Assembly (NCBI GenBank): GCA_030295235.1
Contig: AP026157.1
Location: 124,001 to 188,000 of the forward strand
Direction of reading: 5' to 3'
Length of the DNA stretch: 64,000 bases
From: Fistulifera solaris
Taxonomy: Eukaryota
The translations under genes and the position numbers were made by a program. The first letter of the stretch is position 1. The number at the start of each line of letters is the position of its first letter. Under the pieces are notes generated by a model, which was not told the origin of the DNA, ran no database searches, and saw only the letters and a list, made by a program, of their open reading frames with translations. Positions 23,830 through 33,551 of the stretch are shown in pieces.

Positions 23830-24579
23830 ATGTTATCTACTTCTTCGTTGTCACAACAATACACGAAAACGAGAAAACGGCCGCTGGGCTTTCAGCAACA
23901 ACAAACGTTACACGGTCGCATCGCTCTCCTCTTGGTGTGTTTGGGAATCTACATGTTCGCTGTTCCTCTCGTCACGCATTATTCATTCTTGTCGAGGGCC
24001 GCTCCTGAACGAAAAGCAATTCGTGTTTCTAATTACATCCGTCGACATTCCAGTGATGTTCTGATTTTATCATTGCACAATATCGGAGACATTCGAATTG
24101 TTCTTCGTCCGGAATGGTCGGCGGAATCCGCTCAATACGTCCAGCGTCTCGTCGTAGGACAGTGTCAACGCTGTCAATTGTATCGTGCCGAGAAACCCGG
24201 AATATTACAAGGCATCCTGGCGGCAGCACCCGATGTTCCCCTGCCCCCAATCAAAGGCACTTGCCCGGCCGGGGCCGAACATGTTCATAATGAATGTCCA
24301 CCGTGGGATAAGGAATGTGGATGTCATGGACCCGTCATGGAACGGGGCTATGTGGCGTGGGCAGCGGGAAAGACGGGACCCGATTTCTTCATCGATTTGT
24401 ATCCGAAACCGGCCGTCTGGTGGGGGACGCAACATACCGTGTGGGGAGAAATTACCGATCCGGCGAGTTTACTGCTGATTGATGAATACATCTTTTCGTT
24501 ACCGACGCATAAGCAGGAGGGATTGACCATGTTGGATGAACCAATTCAATTTGAATTGCTGTTAGAGCATGTAGAATAG
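23830..24579 (+). CDS. Membrane-anchored cyclophilin-like (PPIase-fold) protein
   Basis: N-terminal TM (IALLLVCLGIYMFAVPLV); GDIRIVLRPEWS, LYRAEKPGILQG, MERGYVAWAAGKTGPDFFI and HTVWGEI resemble cyclophilin motifs. Confidence 0.7.
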   Translation: MLSTSSLSQQYTKTRKRPLGFQQQQTLHGRIALLLVCLGIYMFAVPLVTHYSFLSRAAPERKAIRVSNYIRRHSSDVLILSLHNIGDIRIVLRPEWSAESAQYVQRLVVGQCQRCQLYRAEKPGILQGILAAAPDVPLPPIKGTCPAGAEHVHNECPPWDKECGCHGPVMERGYVAWAAGKTGPDFFIDLYPKPAVWWGTQHTVWGEITDPASLLLIDEYIFSLPTHKQEGLTMLDEPIQFELLLEHVE

Positions 24580-25215
24580 TATTGTTTTTGTATGGGAAGC
24601 AAGATACCAGCTCGGTTCGGAACGACAATTTGGAAAAGAAACGGCACAAAGCAAGGATCGACTGGTTATGATCCATGTGTACGATAGATGCAATAAATAG
24701 CGATTAGAAACGGCATTAACCTACGTACCTCCTAAAGTGAGACACTCGTTTCTCTTTCATTGAAGAAAAATCCAAAGAGATTGCGACCAAAACTGGGACG
24801 AGAAATCGAGATACTCTTGCCGCAGTGCCTAAACTCTAGTAACCAGGTACGCCGTAGGATTTTATGGCTCCCGTTTGCAAACGAAAGAAAGAGATACCAA
24901 ACCTCGAGTTAAACGTTAATAATCATAGCAAAATCGGCACGGACGAGATCATTGTATGTGATACGTGTTTGGTGGCAAGAAGATCCACCTAGAGTTTTGT
25001 CACGGAGTTTCGCTAGACTGAAAATGAGTGTACTTTCTTCCAATCAACTTCATCTTGCTGCTTCAACCTTCAAACCCTTGTCCAATGTCCAATGCAGCCT
25101 TTTCTATAGGTTAATTTGTACGTACAAATACTCCGAGGAAAGGCCATTATTTTGTCGATGTCTTTCTATGTCACCTGGCGATTTTGTTTTCGCGGCATGC
25201 AGTCATTTCTGAAAA

Positions 25216-26120
25216 GTCATTAGTCATTTGTCATTACGAATACGATTTCAAATTTCAACAATTAGCAATAGTCATTAGTCATTCATTATTCATTTACGCC
25301 CCATAGCAATACGGAGTACTTCTTTCGCCCTAGAACCTTGAATGTGTCGCGTGTCACTTGTCGCTTCACGCGACGCAAGACGCAAGACGGATCGGACGGA
25401 TGCAAGACGCAAAATTTATCAACTCTTTAGTCAAAGAGCTAAAGGGTTTTGTCTTTTGTTCCGTGATCTGTGGTGTTATGCAGAGTGCACAATGTGCAAA
25501 GCACAAAGTGGAAAGGCAGAAGAAAACCTTGCGCCTTCTTGCGATCCTTGAACCTCACCCTGGAGGCAACTTTCTACAAATTTTCGTTGGAAGTTGCTAG
25601 AGTTTGCTAAGTTGCACGTTGCACGTGCAGCTAAATTATCCAGCCGGCCTTTTCCTATTCAGGAGAATTTTTGATGGTACTCTGTCGACGACAATTTTTG
25701 TATTCATGTGGAACGCTTCACGGAGATCCAAAATCCAAAGATAGGAGACTCGAGACCCCGAGAAAAGACACACACCTCGTTCCAATGTCAAGCAACGAAC
25801 TGGACAGTTCCAGCTACTCTCTCTCGGTTTAGATATTAGATTCACACTGCACGCTCATACGGAGTAGCTTTTAGTTTTGCATTCGGTGTACATAGCAGAG
25901 CAGTCATTATTTCATCTTCATTGGGTCTTGGGTCTTTGGTCTTTGGTCGTGGGTCTCCGTTTTCGGTTTTCGGTCGAATAAAAACGAACCTCAATAAAGA
26001 CATTATGAATTATTATGAAAGATGGAAACTGGATTCCTTTTGTCCTTTGTCCATTGTCCTTTGGTACCCTACTTTGTGAGCGGCGATGTCACTGACGACT
26101 GACGCCGTTTGCCGTTTTCC
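25216..26120. repeat. Cluster of unrelated 7-bp tandem duplications
   Basis: (GTCATTW)3, (GACGCAA)2, (GTTGCAC)2, (TTKGGTC)4, (TTTCGGT)2, (WTTGTCC)3, (ACTGACG)2, (CCGTTTK)2. Confidence 0.88.
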
Positions 26121-26782
26121 ACTTGAAGGCTTGAAGGAGCAAATTCAATAAATTCCGATAGTACAGCTCTAGAATTGACTTGTTCTTCACGCGGAAAGAG
26201 CGCGATACTTTTTTCTATCTTGGCCAATGAAAATCCTTCTTAAAACAACGAGTTGATGCGCCGAAATCAGATAAAATTGTACTGAAAGTAGTGGCAAATC
26301 AAATTGCGCCGAGGTCCGTGTTATTTTTTACTTAGGGAAGTTCAAAAATTGCACAGCGTAATGATATAGCCCCCTCGCTCTAAATGCGAACAGCTACAGA
26401 ATGTTCTTTCAACCGGAGGATTTTCGTTTATAGGGATGTAAAGTACGAACGTTTCACTTTTTCAAGTCAGCTGGAAGTGCAGAACACCCATCACCAAGAG
26501 TACTGTAACACTACTTACTTGTACTAGAAAGTATTGGCTGTGGAAGCTGGTTGAAGATTAAAAGGAGCGTTGTTCTTCCGAAATTTTGGGAAGCAAAAAC
26601 CATCGATGTCCACTCCCCGAAAATAGCCTGCCGCGCAACGCAACACGCAACACTCGCAAAACGCGCCGCTCCAAATGTCATAATTACGCCAGTTGCGCAA
26701 AACACAAGCGATTGTTTTAGTTCTTACTTCTTTTACTTTTTTTCTTTTGCAAAACAGATCATTTGAATTAACGAAAGACTAC

Positions 26783-27871
26783 ATGATGATCCGCAACATT
26801 CCAAACGATGTCAAACAAGAGAACCGCGCCGGTGACCGCGACGGAGACTCGCACAGCAGCGTCAGCGGCGAACGCAATCCCAACATGAAAAAGAAGCGCA
26901 TTACTGCTAACAGCTTTGCCTCTATTCTTTCCGAAGTTATAGAAACACCCGGCTACGAAGACGCTATTTACTGGAGTGAAGACGGTAAAAGCTTTCGAGT
27001 CATCCCCAAGACATTCACCGAAAAGGTTTTGGATCGGCACATGAAAGGAACCAAGTTCTCCAGTTTCTTTCGTCGCTTGATTCGATGGGGATTTGAACGT
27101 GTGGTGCTCGATGAATTTCCGATGGACGCCTTTGTCTTTCGACACGAAATGTTTCAACGCGGTCAAGCCTCCCTTCTCCGTACTCTTTCTCCGTATCACG
27201 TCTCGCGCGGCAAACGAGCAAACACAGCTCAGCAATCGGGTAGCAAGACCAAGAAGGCAACCGCTAAGAACAGTGCGACGATTACTCATGACAACAAAGC
27301 TTCCGACAAAGTTAGTGCAGTAGCGGACGTATCGTCTCGCGAAAGTATCGCAAACCAGGTCTTGCTCCGCGCGCAAGGGTTGTTACCTTCGGCCTCTCTA
27401 GCAATGCCCCCGCAGTTAACATGCACGGATACAGAAGCCACATTGGAATTGCTTCGTCGGCAACAGCAACAGCAAGATCTTCTTTTGTTGTCGCAATTGA
27501 CGAACAATCTCCCGAGCAGCGCGGGTCTCGGACTCGAACGAAACATTTCTTCATCACTCCTTCCTTCCGCTTCCTCGTTGTTGACTGGCTCCCGCTTCGC
27601 CCAACGGAATACCGATATTGACACGCTGGCTCGCGAAATGCAACTTCGGGATTTGTTGCGCTCGAGAGCCCGTTTGTCCCAAGAACCGCTGTTGTTTGCT
27701 CCCAGCCACAATATCCCCGAAGGCCTCGCTCCCGGAGAAGCCGAACGTCTCGCCTTGCTTTCTATGCTGTTGCGACAATCACCCGAGCGTAATGCCTTGG
27801 AGTCAGCATCACCGGCACGTTACGATGAATTGTTTCGTTTGATGAATCTGATGAATCGGTTGCAAGAATGA
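26783..27871 (+). CDS. Heat-shock-factor (HSF-type DNA-binding domain) transcription factor
   Basis: AIYWSEDGKSF...FTEKVLDRHMKGTKFSSFFRRLIRWGFERV...FRHEMFQRG is the HSF DNA-binding domain signature. Confidence 0.92.
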   Translation: MMIRNIPNDVKQENRAGDRDGDSHSSVSGERNPNMKKKRITANSFASILSEVIETPGYEDAIYWSEDGKSFRVIPKTFTEKVLDRHMKGTKFSSFFRRLIRWGFERVVLDEFPMDAFVFRHEMFQRGQASLLRTLSPYHVSRGKRANTAQQSGSKTKKATAKNSATITHDNKASDKVSAVADVSSRESIANQVLLRAQGLLPSASLAMPPQLTCTDTEATLELLRRQQQQQDLLLLSQLTNNLPSSAGLGLERNISSSLLPSASSLLTGSRFAQRNTDIDTLAREMQLRDLLRSRARLSQEPLLFAPSHNIPEGLAPGEAERLALLSMLLRQSPERNALESASPARYDELFRLMNLMNRLQE

Positions 27872-28083
27872 CCGAATCGAATAGTGATGGGGTGAATAAA
27901 TAATAAGTTTTAAAAATGCATAGGGAGAAATTCAATCAAAACGATTATTTTGTTAGTCTTCATCAAAAGACTCATTTTAACCAATAATGTACCATGGTAC
28001 CGTTACCTATTTTCGTGGGTACGTAGTAACCTTAGCAGTTTCAATGAGAATGACGTACCGGTACAAAACACGTATTAGTATTA

Positions 28084-28361
28084 CTAGCCGCCTGCGGCAG
28101 GGCTAGCCCTGCGGGGAGCTTTTTTTCTTTCTCGCCCTTCCCGCAAGCGGGGGGCTCGTTCCTCGTGGAAAAGCCGAAAAGCAAAAAGAGTGACTGAACC
28201 AGTGGGCGGGACTCGATGACGGCGCTTCGCGGGTTCGCAAGCTGAGAAGCGACAAAACCACTCGACGAAGCAAAACCGGAAAAAAGCGGCAAAAAAAGTT
28301 CTCACCCGTGACGGACGGACACACACACACACACACACAGCCTCGGCCCATTATAAATAGA
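28084..28361 (-). mobile_element. Non-autonomous Helitron (278 bp)
   Basis: On the minus strand it begins 5'-TC(TATTTATAA...) and ends ...GGCTAG-3'. A perfect 16-bp palindrome GCAGGGCTAGCCCTGC (28097-28112) lies 13 nt from the 3' end. It sits between host A and T with no target-site duplication and has an internal (TG)n/(TCCG)n microsatellite. Confidence 0.8.
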
Positions 28362-28457
28362 TCGACGACAAAATCCAAAAAGAAGAAACTATGCCTTGCC
28401 GAATTGAGGAGGATCCTAAGGTAAATAGATTGTTATTGGTTGCTATTCTTTGCCAGT

Positions 28458-29936
28458 ATGTCTACGAATCAGGAACATAAGCATCCTGCGAAAGAAGCTG
28501 ACAACTGCAAGATTGTCCGTGCGATTGCGGGGAATTTCGTTCATTGCACCAGGCATCCGTTTACGGATGAGGACGACGAGAGCCCTATCGCCGTACGAGA
28601 GGACGTGGTGTTTCTGACGCCCTTTCTTCAACTACACGTCAACCATCTACTCGCGGTCTGCGAGGAAGGCAAAATTCGATATTTTGGTCCTTTGGTGGCA
28701 TTCGAATGGCTGGAGACCGTCGAAATGGTGAGATTGCCTTCGGATGCCTTTTGTTGCCCGGGCTTTATCGATTTGCATCATCATGCTCCGCAATATGCGT
28801 ACGCCGGAACCGCAACCGATCGACCACTCACGGGCCCCGGGGGGTGGTTGGAAGAATACGCGTTTCCGGCGGAACGATCGTTGCGCGACAATCTCGAACA
28901 CACCAAACATTTGTTTCAAACGGTCGTACAAACGACCTTGCAACGGGGTACGACCTCGGTGGTGTATTTTGGGACGCTGGATGTCGTGCCCTGTCAACAG
29001 TTGGTCGATGCTGCATTACAATATGGACAACGGGCGTGGGTGGGAAAAGTATGTATGGATCGGAATGCTCCGACCGATTATTGTCAATCGACACAACAGA
29101 ATCTCGAAGAAACGAAGCAACTGGTACAATACATCTACAAAAAGGCCGGAAGACGAGGTGATAATTCGCGACTGCCGTTGGTCTTTCCTCTCATTACGCC
29201 ACGCTTTATACCCACCTGTACACCGGAACTATTGTCGGCACTGGGAGAGTATGCTCGCAGCGAAGATTTGCACATTACGACCCATATTTCCGAATCGATC
29301 GATGAAGTGCAATGGAGTCAAGCGTTGGAAGGTGGAACGGAGGATGCTGTTGTACTCAAAAAGCACGGATTGTTGACACGTCAAAGTATTCTAGCGCACG
29401 GGGTGTGGCTATCGGATCCGGCCGCCCAACTCTTGCGCGAAACCCAAAGTGCAATAGCCCACTGTCCTTTGTCCAATTTCTTCTTTGCGAATCAATCGTT
29501 GCCGTGTCGGAAGCTCTTGGAGCAAGGCAATCTCGTGGGTTTGGGTACCGATATTGCGGGTGGATACGATCCCAGCATGTTAAGTGCTTGTCGGTGTGCG
29601 GTGATTGCCTCGCGAGCACTGGAGCATCAGCAGCAATCCCTCACCCAGCAAAAATGCCAACAAAACAACTTATCATCGCCGTTATTGGATTATCGTCATG
29701 CGTTCTATATGGCCACACTCGGTGGAGCCTACGCTTTGAATCTTCAGGATCATTTGGGGAATTTTGAAATTGGCAAGGAGTTCGATGCGGTAGTCCTTAC
29801 GGTACAATCCAACATTTTTGTCTGCCCCCAGCGAGATACGATGGCCGATATCTTTCAAAAGTTGTGCAATTTAGCCGATGATCGCAACGTATCGCATGTT
29901 TTCGTGGCAGGGAAACAAGTAATTGGGTCGTCTTGA
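28458..29936 (+). CDS. GDA: Guanine deaminase (amidohydrolase)
   Basis: PGFIDLHHHAPQY, WLEEYAFPAE, GTTSVVYFGT, GKVCMDRN, ITPRFIPTCT, THISES, HCPLSNF, GLGTDIAGG, GKEFDA, DDRNV. Confidence 0.95.
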   Translation: MSTNQEHKHPAKEADNCKIVRAIAGNFVHCTRHPFTDEDDESPIAVREDVVFLTPFLQLHVNHLLAVCEEGKIRYFGPLVAFEWLETVEMVRLPSDAFCCPGFIDLHHHAPQYAYAGTATDRPLTGPGGWLEEYAFPAERSLRDNLEHTKHLFQTVVQTTLQRGTTSVVYFGTLDVVPCQQLVDAALQYGQRAWVGKVCMDRNAPTDYCQSTQQNLEETKQLVQYIYKKAGRRGDNSRLPLVFPLITPRFIPTCTPELLSALGEYARSEDLHITTHISESIDEVQWSQALEGGTEDAVVLKKHGLLTRQSILAHGVWLSDPAAQLLRETQSAIAHCPLSNFFFANQSLPCRKLLEQGNLVGLGTDIAGGYDPSMLSACRCAVIASRALEHQQQSLTQQKCQQNNLSSPLLDYRHAFYMATLGGAYALNLQDHLGNFEIGKEFDAVVLTVQSNIFVCPQRDTMADIFQKLCNLADDRNVSHVFVAGKQVIGSS

Positions 29937-30016
29937 AAATTGTGGACTTAATATTTAGAATTGAGTTTTGAAACAAGGACTATTCTTTATTGAATAGACA
30001 AATAAATTTCTGTAAT

Positions 30017-31159
30017 TTACAATTTCGCAGCGAACACGAGACGCCCCTGTTGTTCCGTCACACCCACGGAGCGTGCTCCGGTCGCCCAATACTCTTTGCC
30101 ACTGCCCGCCAACGATTTGCGATCCGAAATGGAATGCTCCATTTGTTCCCGAATGTACGTCGGGACATGCTCACAGGCTTGACTAATATGAACGGCCGCC
30201 ATATTTTGTGCCATTTGGTAAATGCAACTCAACTTGGATGGATAATACATGGCGCCACGGGCCCGGCGTTTGATGGGAATGTGTTTGCAGTGACGACAAC
30301 GGATCCCGACTTGTCCCGGTGTAATTTTCTTGTTCCGGCCTTGAATGGTTTGTTCCACATCGATGGGACTGGCCGCGAAGAATTCAATTTGCTGTCGGAC
30401 CAAACATTGGTACGCCGATAAAGTGGCTTCGTCGCACGGCAAGTAGAGGGGTATTCCGATCAAACGTGGATCATCGGACGGTGGGTGAGACGGTTGAATC
30501 GTTTCGGGCTTCATGTACGAGGTCGAAACACCCGTGTTGTACAGGCGAGGATCATTGGGATAATACGGTGGATAATAATTGTATTCGGGCGGCGGAGGGT
30601 AGGAATAGTTGTAATAGGCCGCCGGAGGAAGTACGGGCGGCGATTGATGATGATAGGCATCGGGATACGAATACTGCGGCGGTGCCACGTACGGTGGCTC
30701 TCGGTACGGCGTATAATCCACATAGGATGGTGGTTGTCGGCTGGAATATTGGTGATGATGATAATGCGTATGATGAGCCTGCGGATAGGCGGCTGCGTAT
30801 TCTGGACTGGTTGAATGACTGTACGTATCGGGAGGACTCCTCGTATTATATAATTGGGATGGCGGTTGTTGCGTGGCGTGACGCGAGGAATAGGCCGCGT
30901 CCAAATTCGGTGGCGCTGGACCTGGATCGACCGAAAGAGGGGGCTCGGCGGCAACTGGCGTAGAAACTTGCGAAGAAAACCATTCGTAGGATTTGCTGGA
31001 TTCCAGACTGGATTTACTCAAAATCACCGTATCATCCCGAGGACTTTCTTCTTGGGAGTGGCTCTCGTGAGCGGACACTACCGGAGGTCGCTTCCTCGCC
31101 AGTTGTTCTTCTTCCTTTTCACGCTCTTCTCGATCGCGTTTCCTGGGTGACGATGACAT
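30017..31159 (-). CDS. Protein with Pro/Tyr/His-rich region and a C-terminal Cys/His domain (GQVGIRCRHC type)
   Basis: LSAYQCLVRQQIEFF...GRNKKITPGQVGIRCRHC...GAMYYPSKL..IYQMAQNM...C...GKEYW...GV, a domain I recognise from expanded diatom protein families. Function unknown. Confidence 0.75.
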   Translation of the reverse strand: MSSSPRKRDREEREKEEEQLARKRPPVVSAHESHSQEESPRDDTVILSKSSLESSKSYEWFSSQVSTPVAAEPPLSVDPGPAPPNLDAAYSSRHATQQPPSQLYNTRSPPDTYSHSTSPEYAAAYPQAHHTHYHHHQYSSRQPPSYVDYTPYREPPYVAPPQYSYPDAYHHQSPPVLPPAAYYNYSYPPPPEYNYYPPYYPNDPRLYNTGVSTSYMKPETIQPSHPPSDDPRLIGIPLYLPCDEATLSAYQCLVRQQIEFFAASPIDVEQTIQGRNKKITPGQVGIRCRHCKHIPIKRRARGAMYYPSKLSCIYQMAQNMAAVHISQACEHVPTYIREQMEHSISDRKSLAGSGKEYWATGARSVGVTEQQGRLVFAAKL

Positions 31160-32065
31160 ATTTTTGTGTTGATGATGAAGGAATGGCAACAAGAGCATTA
31201 TGATGTTTTTTCAAGTCGTCTCGATTGACTTGATTGCTTTCGGTGCAGTGAAGGATGTCTGTCTGATATTCTTTTTTCTTTTTTGTGAAAGCAGTCCAGG
31301 ATGGTGCTCGCGACCTTCCAATGAAACTGTATCCAAATCAGAAGCAATCCAGCCAAACGAATTTAAATGTCGCCAATTAAGATGAAGTAGACGTATTGAC
31401 TATACAACAGAAATAATGAACGAAATCCAATCAAAACATAGAGGATCTCAACACTCGCATCGTTCGGAGTGGCGTATGTTTTCTGCAAACCAAAAAGATG
31501 GGCAACACACTGGATCGAAATGGATGAGCCTTCGATTTATGTACTTCACGATTCAGTCTTCCAAGCGCGCCGGCTTCAACGTTCAACGTTGTAATCACAC
31601 GACTGAACAATCCTGGATTGCACTGTCCTTGTTAAAGTAGGGGACAATGGAAAGTTTGCTCCATCCGTGTCCGACGGAGAATCCCTTCCACGTGCCAAAC
31701 TGTACAGGCTCGGTGTCCTTTCTTCTTCACCGTTATTCAAAAGTCGGATATACTTAGAGTGGGCAATACCGAGTGGTGAGTGGTGTCGTTACTCCGCTCG
31801 CACTTAGATACTGGGTCATTGGCATTTTGTTTCGAAAGAAAAAGATTTCCAGTCGTGCCTACTCCGACAATGCGTCACATTCGTCATTCATGATTCAATC
31901 ACGACTGTACTGTCTGTCCGTCGGCCACGGAGTACCGACCACGCAAATTTTTCTGAAAAAAGAACGACGATGACAACAACCGCGCCTGGCTTCCCATTCA
32001 TCCTTTCTTTCACTCTTTTCTCTATTTATCCTATCATTAACAATACTCATCACTCATTTATTAAC

Positions 32066-33286
32066 ATGAGCACAACCGAACCCGAAGCTCCGTTGCGCCC
32101 GAAACGCATCATTCGACGGCGACGACGCATCGAAAACACGCCGATGGTCGATCCGATTCTATTGCAAAAGGTCCTTCAGGAATCGCATTTACCCACCGCG
32201 TATTCGTTTGAAATCCCCAAAACCGTTCAACGCATACAACAGTTAGGAGCGCAACAAGTGGCGTTACAAATGCCCGAAGGTCTCTTATTGTATGCGACTG
32301 TTTTGGCGGATGTGCTTTTGCGATTGGCGCCGTCGTTGCTACAAGTTTCAATTTTGGGAGATGTTACCTACGGAGCGTGTTGTGTCGATGATTTGGGAGC
32401 CCAAGCCTTGGGTGCCGACTTGTTGGTCCATTATGGACATTCGTGTTTGGTGCCGTTGCAGCATACGGTGATTCCGAGTCTTTATGTGTTTGTCGAAATT
32501 CAAATGGATACCGAACATCTCGTGGCGTGTTTAGAGGCTACGTTGGATCAGAAGAATGTCGATTTGTATTTGTTGGGAACGGTACAATTTCGACATGCTC
32601 TCGTGACGGCACAACAAATGCTATTGGAGAAGGGATATACGAACGTCTCGATTCCGCAAGCGAAACCACTTTCGCCCGGCGAAGTACTGGGCTGCACCAG
32701 TCCGCAGTTGGCTGCGGAACAGCCCATTGTTTGTTTTGTTGCCGACGGTCGTTTTCATTTAGAGGCGACACTGATCTCGAATCCGCATTGTCAAGCGTAT
32801 CGGTACGATCCGTATTCAAAAGTATTGACGGAAGAATCGTATCAACATGACGAAATGAAGTGTATGCGCCGAGCGGCCATTGCACAGGCGACATCCGCTC
32901 GCGTGTTTGGGATATTAATGGGGACGTTGGGACGTCAAGGCAATCCGGCCTTGGTGCAGAATATCCAACAAACATTGCGCGCGCATGGCAAGAAATCGTT
33001 TCTCATGCTCATTTCGGAGATTACGCCGGCCAAATTGCGACTGTTGCCAAAAGTCGATGCGTGGGTGCAAGTGGCGTGTCCTCGCTTGTCGGTGGATTGG
33101 GGACATTTGTTGTCGGACAAACCCGTATTGAATCCGTACGAAGTGAATGTTTGTTTGGAAGAAGCGTCGTGGCGGGACGTGTATCCCATGGACTTTTACG
33201 CCAATCAAGGTGGAACATGGACCAATTATCACGAACAAAATAAAGGTCGACAATATGAATGCTCCTCGAAAGAGTGCATTTGCTAG
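32066..33286 (+). CDS. DPH1: Diphthamide biosynthesis protein 1
   Basis: YSFEIPKT, VALQMPEGL, GDVTYGACCVDD, VHYGHSCL, PLSPGEVLGCTSP, DGRFHLE, GTLGRQG, QVACPRLSVDWG, YPMDFY. Confidence 0.97.
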   Translation: MSTTEPEAPLRPKRIIRRRRRIENTPMVDPILLQKVLQESHLPTAYSFEIPKTVQRIQQLGAQQVALQMPEGLLLYATVLADVLLRLAPSLLQVSILGDVTYGACCVDDLGAQALGADLLVHYGHSCLVPLQHTVIPSLYVFVEIQMDTEHLVACLEATLDQKNVDLYLLGTVQFRHALVTAQQMLLEKGYTNVSIPQAKPLSPGEVLGCTSPQLAAEQPIVCFVADGRFHLEATLISNPHCQAYRYDPYSKVLTEESYQHDEMKCMRRAAIAQATSARVFGILMGTLGRQGNPALVQNIQQTLRAHGKKSFLMLISEITPAKLRLLPKVDAWVQVACPRLSVDWGHLLSDKPVLNPYEVNVCLEEASWRDVYPMDFYANQGGTWTNYHEQNKGRQYECSSKECIC

Positions 33287-33551
33287 GGAATAATGATGGA
33301 ACATGTAAGTGATACTCGAACGGTTGATGTCTTGCGTAAAACTCATTTGGAATGAACTTTTATCATTCATGGTTCATTCCTTCCAAATTTGCGCGACAAT
33401 ACTCATTTGACCGTTCACTTTCTCTTGTACGAACATTGTACCACCGTATGAGAACATTCAAGTGTCATTACATTTATCTAATATCACACGTCATGTTGCA
33501 GGTTCCAGGGCTGGTCATGCGAAGACATTAACGTTGAAGCTTGATAAGGTA

